A stretch of 64,000 bases of DNA from an uncultured Acidimicrobiia bacterium (lineage in GTDB: Bacteria > Actinomycetota > Acidimicrobiia > Spongiisociales > JAOTWH01). Location: assembly GCA_964195995.1 (NCBI GenBank), contig CAXMQS010000074.1, positions 6,066 through 70,065 on the forward strand, read 5' to 3'. A program made the position numbers and the translations under genes. Each line of letters starts with the position of its first letter. The first letter of the stretch is position 1. Positions 17,806 to 27,570 of this stretch are shown piece after piece. The notes below the pieces were generated by a model, which saw only the letters and a program-made list of their open reading frames with translations, had not been told where the DNA came from and ran no database searches.

Positions 17806-20168
17806 CCACCACACAACGAGCGTTCGGCTCGTCCGTCCGGCGATTGGAAGATGCCCGGTTCATAACCGGGCAGGGCCGGTACACCGACAATCTCACCCAG
17901 CCCGGAATGGCCCACATGGTGGTGCTGCGATCTCCATACGCCCACGCCGACATCACTGGTTTCGATGCCAGCGAGGCACTGGGGATGCCCGGCGTGGTTG
18001 GCGTCTTCAACGGCCAGGACATGGATGATGCCGGATTCGGTGCCATGCCGTGTGCCTGGGTCGTTCCCGATTCGGATACCAAAACACCCGCCTACCCGCC
18101 GATCGCCATCGGCACGGTTCGATTTGTAGGAGATGCGGTGGCCATCGTTATCGCGGAAACCGAGGCGCAGGCGCGCGATGCTTCGTACGCGATAGATGTG
18201 ACCTACGACACACTGGACGTGGTTGTGAACGGTCGGGACGCCACGCAGGACGACGCTCCGCTCGTGCACGACGATGTAGAGAACAACCAGTGCTTCCACT
18301 GGACAGTCAGCGGCGGCGAGGTCGACGCCGCCTTCGAGCAGGCCGATGTGGTGGTCGGAGAGACCATCGTCAATCAGCGGCTGATCCCGACTGCGATGGA
18401 ACCGCGAGCTGTTCTGGCGCGGTGGGACTCGGCGATGGGTGAGGTGACGATGTGGAGCACCAGCCAGATACCCCACATCACCCGTTTCCTGCTGTCGCTG
18501 ACCACCCCGGTGCCCGAGCACAAGATCCGCGTCATCGCTCCCGATGTAGGCGGCGGCTTTGGATCGAAACTTGCTAACTACCCGGAAGAGAACATGTCCG
18601 TGTTCGCTGCCCGCCAGGTTGGCCGACCGGTCAAGTGGACCGAGACGCGCTCGGAGAACTTCCTCGGCACTATCCATGGACGCGACCACATCGCCGACGT
18701 GGAGCTCGCTGCCAAGAGCGACGGCACCGTCCTAGGGTTGAGGGCTCAGACGTGGGCGAACCTGGGGGCTTACCTGTCTACGGCCTCCACCGGTGTGCCC
18801 ACAATCCTCCATGGGCTGATGTTGTCCGGTGCTTACAACATCCCCGCGATCCATGAAGACGTGTACGGGGTGTTCACCAATACCACGCCGGTCTCCGCTT
18901 ATCGCGGGGCGGGGAGACCAGAAGCCACATTCATGGTCGAGCGCATGATGGATCTGTTGGCCAATGAGCTCTCGATGGATCCCGTCGAGCTGAGACGAAA
19001 GAACCTCATAGAGCCATTCACCGATGGTCATGAGGTGGCGACTGGGCTCATCTACGACACGGGGAACTACGAGCCGGCCCTCGACCAAGCTCTCGAGATG
19101 TACGGCTACGAGGAGGCACGAAAACAACAGACTGCGGCAAGAGCCAAGGGTCGGCTCGTCGGAATTGGCGTTACCACCTACGCCGAAATATGCGGCCTCG
19201 GTCCGTCCGAAGTGGCGGGCGCGGTGGGGTTCGGCGGCGGTTTGTGGGAGAGCGCCATCGTGCGTTTCCATCCCACCGGCAAGGTCCAGCTGATGGTGGG
19301 GGTCAGCCCTCACGGTCAAGGGGAGGAAACGACCTTTGCTCAGATTGTGGCCGACCAGCTCGGCGTCATGGTTGAGGATGTCGACGTTGTTCACAGTGAC
19401 ACGGCGCTCACGCCCATGGGTTGGGGCAGCTACGGCAGCCGTACCACCCCGGTAGCGAGCGGAGCGATAATGGGCGCCATCGAGCAGCTGAAGGAAAAGG
19501 GCACCAAGATCGCCGCCCACCTGCTCGAAGCCGCCGAAGAGGACGTCGAGTTCGCTGACGGTCTGTTCTCGGTAAAGGGCTCACCAGAGCAAGGCAAAAC
19601 CATTCAGGACATTGCACTGGCTGCCAACACCGCCTGGAGCATGCCCGATGGAGTTGAGCCCGGCTTCGAAGCGACCGCGTTCTTCGACCCGTCCAACTTC
19701 GTTTACCCGTTTGGGACCCACATCGCCCAGGTGGAAGTCGATCCGGAGACTGGAGAGATCGATTTCCAGCGCTACATAGCCGTCGACGACTGCGGGCCGA
19801 TCATCAACCCGATGATCGTGGAAGGTCAGATCCAGGGCGGCATCGCCCAGGGCGCGGCACAGGCTCTGTGGGAAGGCGCCCACTACGACGATCAGGGCAA
19901 CCTGCTGTCGGGGTCGTTGATGGACTACGCCATCCCCAAGGCGGACTTCCTTCCCAAGTTCGAACTCGGCAAGACCGAGACGCCGACGGATGTGAACCCG
20001 CTCGGCGTCAAGGGTGTCGGCGAGACCGGAACGATTGCGTCGACCCCGACCGTGTACAACGCGGTCATGGATGCCTTGGCTCCGCTCGGAGTACAGCAGA
20101 TCGATATGCCGCTCACCCCGGAGCGGGTGTGGCGAGCTATCGGCGACGCCTCGAAGGGAGGTAAGTGA
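17802..20168 (+). CDS. coxL: Molybdopterin-binding large subunit, form-II CoxL-like (AYRGAGR active-site loop)
   Basis: The 788-aa ORF has an ATGA overlap with coxS. The AYRGAGR motif is encoded at 18897-18917, rather than the AYxCSFR motif of true CO dehydrogenases. Confidence 0.85.
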   Translation: MTTTQRAFGSSVRRLEDARFITGQGRYTDNLTQPGMAHMVVLRSPYAHADITGFDASEALGMPGVVGVFNGQDMDDAGFGAMPCAWVVPDSDTKTPAYPPIAIGTVRFVGDAVAIVIAETEAQARDASYAIDVTYDTLDVVVNGRDATQDDAPLVHDDVENNQCFHWTVSGGEVDAAFEQADVVVGETIVNQRLIPTAMEPRAVLARWDSAMGEVTMWSTSQIPHITRFLLSLTTPVPEHKIRVIAPDVGGGFGSKLANYPEENMSVFAARQVGRPVKWTETRSENFLGTIHGRDHIADVELAAKSDGTVLGLRAQTWANLGAYLSTASTGVPTILHGLMLSGAYNIPAIHEDVYGVFTNTTPVSAYRGAGRPEATFMVERMMDLLANELSMDPVELRRKNLIEPFTDGHEVATGLIYDTGNYEPALDQALEMYGYEEARKQQTAARAKGRLVGIGVTTYAEICGLGPSEVAGAVGFGGGLWESAIVRFHPTGKVQLMVGVSPHGQGEETTFAQIVADQLGVMVEDVDVVHSDTALTPMGWGSYGSRTTPVASGAIMGAIEQLKEKGTKIAAHLLEAAEEDVEFADGLFSVKGSPEQGKTIQDIALAANTAWSMPDGVEPGFEATAFFDPSNFVYPFGTHIAQVEVDPETGEIDFQRYIAVDDCGPIINPMIVEGQIQGGIAQGAAQALWEGAHYDDQGNLLSGSLMDYAIPKADFLPKFELGKTETPTDVNPLGVKGVGETGTIASTPTVYNAVMDALAPLGVQQIDMPLTPERVWRAIGDASKGGK

Positions 20169-21037
20169 TGCAAACTGCACCGTTTGACTACTACAGGCCT
20201 GAAACGCTGAGTGAGGCGGTTGATCTCCTGACCAGCGTCGATGGGGCCCGACCGATCGCAGGAGGCCACAGCCTCCTCCCGGCAATGAAGCTGCGGGTTG
20301 CCAACCCGGCTGCGCTCGTTGATCTGGCCCAGATTCCAGACCTGCGCGGCATCAGCCGGAACGGAGGTTCGCTGAAGATCGGGGCACTCACAACCCATGC
20401 GGCTGTTGCGGCCTCGGATGTCGCCAAGTCAGACTGTCCGGTGCTGGCGGACACGGCATCGCACATCGGGGATCCACAGGTGCGCAATCGAGGGACCATT
20501 GGCGGAAGCCTCTCTCATGCCGATCCGGCGGCCGATTACCCCGCGCTGATGCGAGCCCTCGGCGCGACAGTCCACGTGACAGGTGCCGGCGGCAGCGAGC
20601 GTGCCATTGCTGCCGACGACTTCTTTGTCGGTCTCTTCACCACCAGCTTAGAAATCGGGGAGCTGGTGACGGCGGTTGAGGTGCCTGTGATGGAAGCGGG
20701 ACAAAGCGGCGCCTACATGAAGCACCGCCACCCAGCGTCGAGCTACGCCGTGGTCGGCGTCGCCGCCATCGTGACGGTGGACGGTGGGTCGTGCACCGCG
20801 GCCGCCATCGGTGTGGGAGGCGTGACGGGCAAACCTGAGCGAGCCAGCGCTGCCGAAGCGGCGCTGGTGGGGCAGACGCCCACCGACGAGACCATCGCAG
20901 CCGCCGCCGCAGCGGTCGCAGGTGACCTGGCCAACCCGATTGGAGATCTGTATGCCTCCGGTGAGTTTCGGGTTCATCTGGCCTCGGTGCTGACAAAGCG
21001 CGCTCTGAGTGAGGCATTCGGCGACAGCTCTGCCTGA
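20165..21037 (+). CDS. coxM: FAD-binding medium subunit (CoxM-like)
   Basis: (M)[21 protein letters not shown]...AGGHSLLPAMKLR...IGGSLSHADPAADYP is typical of the FAD_binding_5/CO_deh_flav_C family. The start overlaps the coxL stop. Confidence 0.85.
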   Translation: MMQTAPFDYYRPETLSEAVDLLTSVDGARPIAGGHSLLPAMKLRVANPAALVDLAQIPDLRGISRNGGSLKIGALTTHAAVAASDVAKSDCPVLADTASHIGDPQVRNRGTIGGSLSHADPAADYPALMRALGATVHVTGAGGSERAIAADDFFVGLFTTSLEIGELVTAVEVPVMEAGQSGAYMKHRHPASSYAVVGVAAIVTVDGGSCTAAAIGVGGVTGKPERASAAEAALVGQTPTDETIAAAAAAVAGDLANPIGDLYASGEFRVHLASVLTKRALSEAFGDSSA

Positions 21038-21107
21038 TCGGGATCGCATCAAGCTGGGCGGGCAACCGCTCGGCTGGACGCGCGACTCCGATTAGGTTGC
21101 GGGTGCA

Positions 21108-21989
21108 ATGAATAACGTCGATGAGGTACTCCAGGGCCTGGCGGATCAGCGCTACGTAGCGGAGCGATCGTTGGGCGTTGCGGTGCACCTCGCCCTGCAG
21201 CTGGGCAAGCCTCTCTTCCTCGAAGGGGAGGCCGGCGTCGGCAAGACCGAGGTGGCAAAGGTGCTCGCCTCCATCCTCGACACCCCACTCATCCGGCTGC
21301 AGTGCTACGAGGGGCTCGACGTTGGTCACGCCGTATACGAGTGGGATTACGCCCGTCAGATGCTGGCCATCCGCCTGATCGAGGCCAGAGGCGAAGGCGC
21401 GCAAGCAGGGGTCGACGACATCATGAGTCGCGAATATCTGGTGGCGCGACCGCTGCTGCAAGCCGTGGAGGCGACGGCCAAGGGCGAGCGGCCTGTGCTG
21501 CTGATCGATGAGCTCGACCGGGCCGACGAGGAGTTCGAGGCCTACCTCCTCGAGATGCTGAGCGACTTCCAGGTCACGATTCCCGAGATCGGGACGATCG
21601 CGGCGGATCGCCCTCCTGTAGTGATCTTGACCTCCAACCGGACCCGCGAGATCCACGACGCCTTGAAGCGCCGCTGCATCTACCACTGGATCGACTATCC
21701 CAATTTTGAACGCGAAGTCGAGATCGTGCTCCTCAAGATTCCTGACGTGCCCCAAGAGCTTGCCGCCGACCTGGCCGGTGCGATGGAGAAGCTCCGCTCC
21801 ATGGATCTCTTCAAGCCCCCGGGCGTTGCCGAGACGCTCGACTGGGCGGCGGCCCTGGCTGTGCTGGGCGCAGCGCGCCTTTCTCCGGAGGTAGCGGACG
21901 ACACGCTGGGCGTGATTCTGAAGTATCAGGAGGACATCGAGCGACTCCGGGCCGGAGGGGTCGAGCAGCTCCTCCCCTCTGTCGGGTGA
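21108..21989 (+). CDS. coxD: MoxR-family AAA+ ATPase (CoxD-like)
   Basis: Walker A is LEGEAGVGKT and Walker B is VLLIDELDRADEE. The protein is 293 aa and lies immediately downstream of coxSLM. Confidence 0.85.
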   Translation: MNNVDEVLQGLADQRYVAERSLGVAVHLALQLGKPLFLEGEAGVGKTEVAKVLASILDTPLIRLQCYEGLDVGHAVYEWDYARQMLAIRLIEARGEGAQAGVDDIMSREYLVARPLLQAVEATAKGERPVLLIDELDRADEEFEAYLLEMLSDFQVTIPEIGTIAADRPPVVILTSNRTREIHDALKRRCIYHWIDYPNFEREVEIVLLKIPDVPQELAADLAGAMEKLRSMDLFKPPGVAETLDWAAALAVLGAARLSPEVADDTLGVILKYQEDIERLRAGGVEQLLPSVG

Positions 21990-23140
21990 TGGCAGAGCCT
22001 CTCACCCACAACCTCGTTCACTTCACGCGCTACCTGCGCGCCCAAGGGCTTCGAGCAGTTCCGAGCACGACGATCGATCTCATCGAAGCCGCCCGTGCAG
22101 TAGGGCTAGAGGACAAGGACGACGCCTACTTCGCGTTCCAGGCGGTCACCGTGTCCCGACCCGAGGACATCCCCATATTCGATGCCGCATTTGACCTCTT
22201 CTTCGGAACCGGCCAGCACCCGCTTACGCCGATCGAGCCGATCGAGCTAAAGGTGCATCCGCGTGGTCCTCGAGTGCAAGTTGTCGCTCCGACCACCGTG
22301 AAGGCCGACCTTGGTGATCATGATGTCTCGGACGTGGCCGACCAAATGGGTGCCAGCGCCGTCGAGCGTCTGGCAACTCGGGACTTCTCGGACCTGAGCG
22401 AGGCTGAGCATGCTGAGGTGCAGCGGCTGATCGCCCGGATGGTGTGGAAGCCGGCAACTGCGCTCAGCAGGCGATGGACGCCTTCGTCCAAAGGGAGTAG
22501 GCCGGACTTGCGGAGGACGTTACGGCAGATGACGGGGCCGGTCCGCGATCTCATGCCACTGGCTATGAGTACTCCCAAGCTGCGCCGCCGTCCGCTGTTG
22601 GTGATCGCAGACGTGAGCGGGTCGATGGAGCGCTATACAGAAATGCTCTTGTATTTCGTGCACGCTGCCAGGGGCCGGCTGGGAAGAGTGGAAGCCTTCG
22701 TGTTCTCCACCGGTCTGTCCCACATCACGAGAGAGCTTCGCCATCGCGATCCGCGGGTGGCATTGACGCAGGTGGGTCGAGCCGTCCACGACTGGTCGGG
22801 TGGGACGCTCATCGGCGAGGCTTTCGCAGAATTCAACCGCACCTGGGGTCGTCGAATCACCCGAGGAGGACCGGTGGCGGTGGTGATCTCCGACGGCTGG
22901 GATCGCGGAGATCCCACCACGCTGCGCAAGGAGTTCGCCACGTTCGCTCGCAGTGTCCACCGGGTGGTGTGGCTCAATCCGCTCGCCGGCAGGACTGGAT
23001 TCGAGCCGCAGACACGAGGCATGCGGGCGGTGCTTCCCTTTGTCGACGACTTCTTGCCGGTCGGCAACCTGGTCGACCTCTCTGCCGTCGTTCGACTTCT
23101 AGAGTCCGTCCCCAAACGCAAGGAGCTGGTGCGGAGATGA
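21986..23140 (+). CDS. coxE: VWA-domain protein (CoxE-like)
   Basis: The start overlaps the coxD stop. The C-terminal VWA/MIDAS-like segment is [14 protein letters not shown]...[11 protein letters not shown]. This is the canonical MoxR partner. Confidence 0.8.
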   Translation: MMAEPLTHNLVHFTRYLRAQGLRAVPSTTIDLIEAARAVGLEDKDDAYFAFQAVTVSRPEDIPIFDAAFDLFFGTGQHPLTPIEPIELKVHPRGPRVQVVAPTTVKADLGDHDVSDVADQMGASAVERLATRDFSDLSEAEHAEVQRLIARMVWKPATALSRRWTPSSKGSRPDLRRTLRQMTGPVRDLMPLAMSTPKLRRRPLLVIADVSGSMERYTEMLLYFVHAARGRLGRVEAFVFSTGLSHITRELRHRDPRVALTQVGRAVHDWSGGTLIGEAFAEFNRTWGRRITRGGPVAVVISDGWDRGDPTTLRKEFATFARSVHRVVWLNPLAGRTGFEPQTRGMRAVLPFVDDFLPVGNLVDLSAVVRLLESVPKRKELVRR

Positions 23141-23469
23141 AGGACGCTCTCGAGACGTACGCGCGGTGGAAATCTGAAGGGAAGGATGTGGCGGTAGCCA
23201 CCGTTGTCCGCGTCCAGGGCTCGGCGCCGCGCCCCGAAGGCGCCAAGTTCCTCGTTTCGTCGGCGGGCGATATGGAGGGCTCAGTGTCGGGCGGCTGTGT
23301 TGAGAACGACGTGTTCCTGCATGCCCAGCAGGTCATTGAAGCCGGCGAACCTCGTCTCGTCACGTACGGGATCGCCGATGGTGAGGCATTCGAGGTTGGT
23401 CTGGCCTGCGGCGGAACGATCCAGGTGCTGATCGAACAGTGGTGGCGGAAGCGATCGAGAGGCTGGTAG
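23137..23469 (+). CDS. XdhC/CoxI-family accessory protein, N-terminal domain only (110 aa)
   Basis: An ATGA overlap joins it to cox[21 protein letters not shown]...[12 protein letters not shown]...[13 protein letters not shown] matches the XdhC_CoxI domain. It overlaps the next XdhC ORF by 31 nt in a different frame. Confidence 0.7.
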   Translation: MKDALETYARWKSEGKDVAVATVVRVQGSAPRPEGAKFLVSSAGDMEGSVSGGCVENDVFLHAQQVIEAGEPRLVTYGIADGEAFEVGLACGGTIQVLIEQWWRKRSRGW

Positions 23470-24233
23470 CCGACGAGCGGCTCGGTGCGGTGGCCACCGT
23501 GGTCGAGGGTCAGTACATCGGCGCCAAGGCTGTCATCGACTACGACGCAGGGTACGTGGCAGGCGAATTGCCTTCCGAGGTGGCGGCGGATGTCCTGGCC
23601 GACGCCAAGGCGCTCATGGAACATGAACAGAACCGCACCCTTGCCTACGGCGGCACGGAGGTGTTCATCGAGACCGTGGCGCCGCCTCCGCATCTCGTCG
23701 TCTTCGGGGCGGTCCATGTCGCCCAGCCGTTGTCGACGATGGCGCGGCTGCTGGGGTTCCACGTCACGATCAGTGACGCTCGTGCTGCCTTCACGACCGA
23801 GGAGCGGTTCCCCGAAGCAGATCGTGTGCTGGTTGGGTGGCCCAACGACCTGAAGGACAAGGTCGAGCTGGATCGCCGAACCTATGTGGTTCTGCTCAGT
23901 CACGACGCCCGATTCGAGGATCCCGTGCTTCCATGGGTCCTGGAAAGCCCGGCCAAGTACATCGGGGCAATGGGTTCGCGACGGACCTGTGCGAAGCGGG
24001 TCGAAAAGCTCGAAGCCATGGGCTATCGCGACGACCAAATCAGCCGCATCCACGGGCCAGTCGGCCTCGACATCGGAGCGGAACAACCGGGAGAGACGGC
24101 GATCTCGATACTGGCCGAAATGATCCAGGTTCGGTATGGATCCGGCACCGGCGAGTCGCTCGTGGGAACAAGCCGCCGCATCCATCCCCAGCGGACTGAG
24201 GACGCGGGGGACGGGAGCGGCCAATCACCGTAG
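23439..24233 (+). CDS. XdhC-family accessory protein (second XdhC_CoxI-like segment plus Rossmann XdhC_C domain)
   Basis: [18 protein letters not shown]... is followed by [13 protein letters not shown]...[15 protein letters not shown]...[10 protein letters not shown]...[24 protein letters not shown]. Confidence 0.8.
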   Translation: MVAEAIERLVADERLGAVATVVEGQYIGAKAVIDYDAGYVAGELPSEVAADVLADAKALMEHEQNRTLAYGGTEVFIETVAPPPHLVVFGAVHVAQPLSTMARLLGFHVTISDARAAFTTEERFPEADRVLVGWPNDLKDKVELDRRTYVVLLSHDARFEDPVLPWVLESPAKYIGAMGSRRTCAKRVEKLEAMGYRDDQISRIHGPVGLDIGAEQPGETAISILAEMIQVRYGSGTGESLVGTSRRIHPQRTEDAGDGSGQSP

Positions 24234-24430
24234 TGCGCCAACGGGATGCCCTTGCTTTGGGTGCTTGCTGTTCACCGCGGTGGTGAACGTCACCGGCTGG
24301 ACCCTCAAGGACATCGTTGAGAAGAGAGCTCGGGGACATCACCCCGCTCGCCAACGAAGAAGTGATGGACGAGATCGCAACCACCCGTCGCCTGCCGAAT
24401 TCTTCAGGCGTCCTTAGTAGCGTCTGACAC

Positions 24431-25279
24431 GTGAACAATCGTCGAGTCTTGGCTGGGGCCGTCGTTATGGCAGCTTTGATCGCAGGGTGCGACAGCACCA
24501 GCGAGGTCGCGTCGACGACCACAACGCGAACGCCGACGCCGACTCAAGCGCCAACGACAACTCAAGTTCCAGCCACAACCCAGGTAGTGACCACCCCTCC
24601 AACAACCTCGACGGAGGCCGTTGCCGACTCGGTCGCGGCGAAGGAAGGCTGCGAGGTGACGCCTGCAGGTCCGTTGCTCGACGCTCGGAGCCCCGCTCGT
24701 CCCTACTTCCTTCACCATCCCGCCGAGGCCAGCACCGACACTGCGACGATCATGTTCCTTCCCGGCGGCAGCACCGGCAGCCGCAACGCCGCAGAACGAG
24801 TTTGGGCGAGCTATCTGTCTCAGGGCGAGGGAGTCGACGACTTCCGAGTGGTGATCCCATACGCGACTGGTTTCGATCTCTACGACGACGAGAACCGGGT
24901 TCTGGCGATTGTCGAGGAGGTGCTGGCGTGTCACGGCGGCGATCCTTCGCAGTTCCACATTGCCGGCTACTCCCGGGGCGGGCAGATCGCATTTGGCTTG
25001 ATGTTGCGGCGGCCTGATCTATTCGCCACCGCCCTGGGCGCCCCCGGCGAGTTCTTCCTCGTCGAGCCCGATAGGTGGCGCGAGGATCTCGCCGGAAAGG
25101 CGTTCTTCAACGGTGTCGGGTCGGAGGACGAGGAGTGGCTGCCATTCGTGAAGGCCATCCACGAGGGACTGGTGGAGGCCGGCATTGAGTCCCTCTACGT
25201 GGAGTTCCCGGGCGAAGGGCACCGGTTGAGTTCCGAGTTCGACGAGAGCATCTTCTTCGACTTCTGGTCGAGCCACTAG
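24431..25279 (+). CDS. Secreted lipoprotein, alpha/beta-hydrolase (esterase) fold
   Basis: The gene has a GTG start. The lipobox is LIAGC, followed by a Thr/Pro-rich linker. The nucleophile elbow is GYSRGG (G-x-S-x-G). Confidence 0.7.
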   Translation: MNNRRVLAGAVVMAALIAGCDSTSEVASTTTTRTPTPTQAPTTTQVPATTQVVTTPPTTSTEAVADSVAAKEGCEVTPAGPLLDARSPARPYFLHHPAEASTDTATIMFLPGGSTGSRNAAERVWASYLSQGEGVDDFRVVIPYATGFDLYDDENRVLAIVEEVLACHGGDPSQFHIAGYSRGGQIAFGLMLRRPDLFATALGAPGEFFLVEPDRWREDLAGKAFFNGVGSEDEEWLPFVKAIHEGLVEAGIESLYVEFPGEGHRLSSEFDESIFFDFWSSH

Positions 25280-25305
25280 GGACTGCCGAACCGCGTTGCA
25301 GTGGA

Positions 25306-25704
25306 TCAGCGGATGCCGGTGTCGTAGGCCAGGTCGAGGTCGGTGACCGGCGCGGCCACGACCTCGAAGCTGAGGGGTTCGGCGGTGCCCAGCAATCCCT
25401 CGACGGGCTGTGGAACCACCGAGTAGCGACCGGGCGGCACTTTCAGCGAGAACGTGCCATCGGAGCTTGTGCGAAGTGTCGCCACATCGGCGCCTAGCTC
25501 GTCGATCACCAGCAACACCGCGGCTACACCACGATCATCACAGGCGGGGTCCGGTGGATCCTGCATGACCGGGCAAGTCGGTCCGGCGTGGACGTAGCCC
25601 GATACCTCATACGAGGGGCCGGTCGCGGGGCCGCTGGAAGAGTCGCCACACGCCGCGCCGACAATTGCGATGACAAGAAGTGTTGCGAAGATGTGAATCC
25701 TCAT
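25306..25704 (-). CDS. Small lipoprotein with carboxypeptidase-regulatory-like (Ig-like beta-sandwich) segment
   Basis: This uses the frame of ORF 25306..25770. The ATG at 25704 gives MRIHIFATLLVIAIVGAACGD. ...SSDGTFSLKVPPGRYSVV... is CarboxypepD_reg-like. Confidence 0.55.
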   Translation of the reverse strand: MRIHIFATLLVIAIVGAACGDSSSGPATGPSYEVSGYVHAGPTCPVMQDPPDPACDDRGVAAVLLVIDELGADVATLRTSSDGTFSLKVPPGRYSVVPQPVEGLLGTAEPLSFEVVAAPVTDLDLAYDTGIR

Positions 25705-25770
25705 GCACTTAGGACGCCACGAGGCGGAATCTGGTTCCAGAGCATCCGCCCGCACAGCTGTTGGGTCCAT

Positions 25771-26190
25771 CTACTCGACCGTGAGCTCGGCCTCCATGCC
25801 GGCGTTGAAGTGGTCCTCGATGGCGCAGATGACCTGATACTTGCCTGCTGCAGGAGCGGTGAAAGCCAGTGTCTTGGAGTCGCCCGCTTCCAATTCGGTT
25901 TCCCAGTAGACGAACTCGCTGAGGAGCGCTTCCTCGGTATCCGGCAGATCGGATTCTCGGGTAATGCGAACGCCGGGCCTGAGAAGAACCCACTCGTGCT
26001 CGACGGCCCCGGTGTTCGACAGCGTGATGGTGATCTCCTGACCGGCGGGAACAGCCCAGGAGGTCGGAGTGAATTTGAAGTCGTCTACCTGGGCGGTGAT
26101 GGAAGTGCTGGGGCCGCTGGAGTCTCCACAGGCCACGAGAACCAGGCTCAACGCCACGGCGAGTCCTGAGCCAATCGTCAAAGCCCTCAC
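25771..26190 (-). CDS. Cupredoxin-domain lipoprotein (type-1 copper site)
   Basis: The GTG at 26190 follows a GAGGAGG RBS (the ORF track starts at TTG 26220). The lipobox is LVLVAC. Candidate copper ligands are VEHEW...C-x4-H-x4-M (ICAIEDHFNAGM). Confidence 0.75.
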   Translation of the reverse strand: MRALTIGSGLAVALSLVLVACGDSSGPSTSITAQVDDFKFTPTSWAVPAGQEITITLSNTGAVEHEWVLLRPGVRITRESDLPDTEEALLSEFVYWETELEAGDSKTLAFTAPAAGKYQVICAIEDHFNAGMEAELTVE

Positions 26191-26236
26191 AGATCGCCTC
26201 CTCGTGGGTCCGCCTTCCAACCAGTCATCTCATCAC

Positions 26237-26620
26237 CTAATCGGTCGCGGCCGCGTCGGCCCACTCCGGGTCGTCGAAGCGCTGGATCTCAATCAGATAA
26301 CCGTCGGGGTCGCGGAGGAAGGCGTGGTAGATGGCGAAGCGGTCGTTGTGGGCCGGCAGCTGCTCCAACTCGATGCCCCGCTCTATCAACCGCTCGCAGA
26401 AGCCGTCGACGTCGTCTCGAACGAGGGTGATGATCACACCTTCGGGCGTTGTCGGTCGGTCTCCGCTTTCGCATATTCCGACGAATGCCCCTGCCGACAC
26501 TCTGTAGATGCGACAGTGTGCTTGCTCCAGCACGAGAGGAAGTTCCAGGGAGTCTCCGTAGAACGCCGATGATCGATCCAGGTCCTCGACGTAGATGAAG
26601 ACGACCAAGGCATCGTTCAC
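26237..26620 (-). CDS. VOC-family (glyoxalase/bleomycin-resistance/dioxygenase fold) protein
   Basis: The GTG at 26620 forms a GTGA overlap with the EamA stop. VFIYVEDLDRSSAFYGDSLELP...HAFLRDPDGYLIEIQ is typical of the VOC fold. The N-terminal part of the listed 232-aa ORF is Arg-rich out-of-context sequence overlapping the EamA gene. Confidence 0.75.
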   Translation of the reverse strand: MNDALVVFIYVEDLDRSSAFYGDSLELPLVLEQAHCRIYRVSAGAFVGICESGDRPTTPEGVIITLVRDDVDGFCERLIERGIELEQLPAHNDRFAIYHAFLRDPDGYLIEIQRFDDPEWADAAATD

Positions 26621-27516
26621 GTCTTCACCGCCCGGCTGGCCAGGTAGGCGCCGACGAAGACGACGACGACACCGACGATTGCGATCGGGTCGACGGTTTC
26701 GTCGCGAAAGACGACCCCGAGGGCGATGGCGACAATGGGTATGAGGTAGGTAGTCATCGACATGCGGGCGCCGCCGACCCGGCCTGCCAGGGTCGCCGCC
26801 AGTGACCTGGCGATGCCAGTTCCGAGAACGCCGAGGATCACCACTGCGGCGACGGAGGCCAGAGTGAACTCGGAGTCGCTCAGGCCAGCGACTCCGAAGG
26901 GGATCAACATGAAGGCAGACGCGGTGAGCGCCCACATCGTGACGGCCGGGCCGCCGTAGTGCTGTTGCAGCGGAACCAGCAGGTTGCCACTGATGCCGTA
27001 GCCGAACACGGCAACGATGACCAGGGCAACGCCGGTCGGCGCGGCATTGGCACCTCCGAGCGACGGCAGCGTCATCAGGACGATGCCTGCGAACCCAAGG
27101 GAGATGCCCACCGCCTGAGCGGCGCCAGGGAGTTGGCGCAACATGAGCGATGCGATGGCGAGGCTGACGATGGGAGCGGCGCTGGTGAGCATGCCGGCAA
27201 CCGCCGAGTCGAGTTCGGTCTCCGCAACCGCGAACAGGAGAGCGGGACCGGCGTTACCGAATAGCGCCACCGCGGCCAGGCGCGGCCAGTCGACACGATC
27301 GATGGCTTTCCTGGCTCGACCGAAGGTGAACATGGCGCCGGCGCCGAGAACGACTCGACCAAGGGCTACCACCCCCGGCGACAAAGCGTCAACGCCGATC
27401 GCGATCCACAGGAAGGCAGACCCCCAGATGAGTCCGATGACGAGCGTTAGCCCCCACTCGGCAGGGCCATAAGCCGCAGGACGTGAGCCAACGTTCGTAA
27501 GAGGTCGGGCCGACAT
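26617..27516 (-). CDS. EamA/DMT-family transporter (10 TM)
   Basis: The 299-aa ORF has two EamA-like halves. LIWGSAFLWI... is typical of the family. Confidence 0.8.
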   Translation of the reverse strand: MSARPLTNVGSRPAAYGPAEWGLTLVIGLIWGSAFLWIAIGVDALSPGVVALGRVVLGAGAMFTFGRARKAIDRVDWPRLAAVALFGNAGPALLFAVAETELDSAVAGMLTSAAPIVSLAIASLMLRQLPGAAQAVGISLGFAGIVLMTLPSLGGANAAPTGVALVIVAVFGYGISGNLLVPLQQHYGGPAVTMWALTASAFMLIPFGVAGLSDSEFTLASVAAVVILGVLGTGIARSLAATLAGRVGGARMSMTTYLIPIVAIALGVVFRDETVDPIAIVGVVVVFVGAYLASRAVKT

Positions 27517-27570
27517 CGCAGGACGATAGAGCGCCTGGCGACGTTCCTATTCGAGGCTCACGGCTGGCGC

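Noticed and set aside
17802-20168. A genuine aerobic carbon-monoxide dehydrogenase.
   Set aside because: The active-site loop is AYRGAGR, not AYxCSFR. No Cys is available for the Mo-S-Cu centre. The gene order is SLM, which is form II.
24287-24427. A short frame in the xdhC-esterase intergenic region reading ...(TTG)RRELGDITPLANEEVMDEIATTRRLPNSSGVLSSV*. It looks protein-like (a possible antitoxin or gene remnant).
   Set aside because: It is only about 36 codons from a weak TTG, has no RBS, falls below any threshold I can support, and belongs to no recognisable family. It is recorded only as a possible relic.
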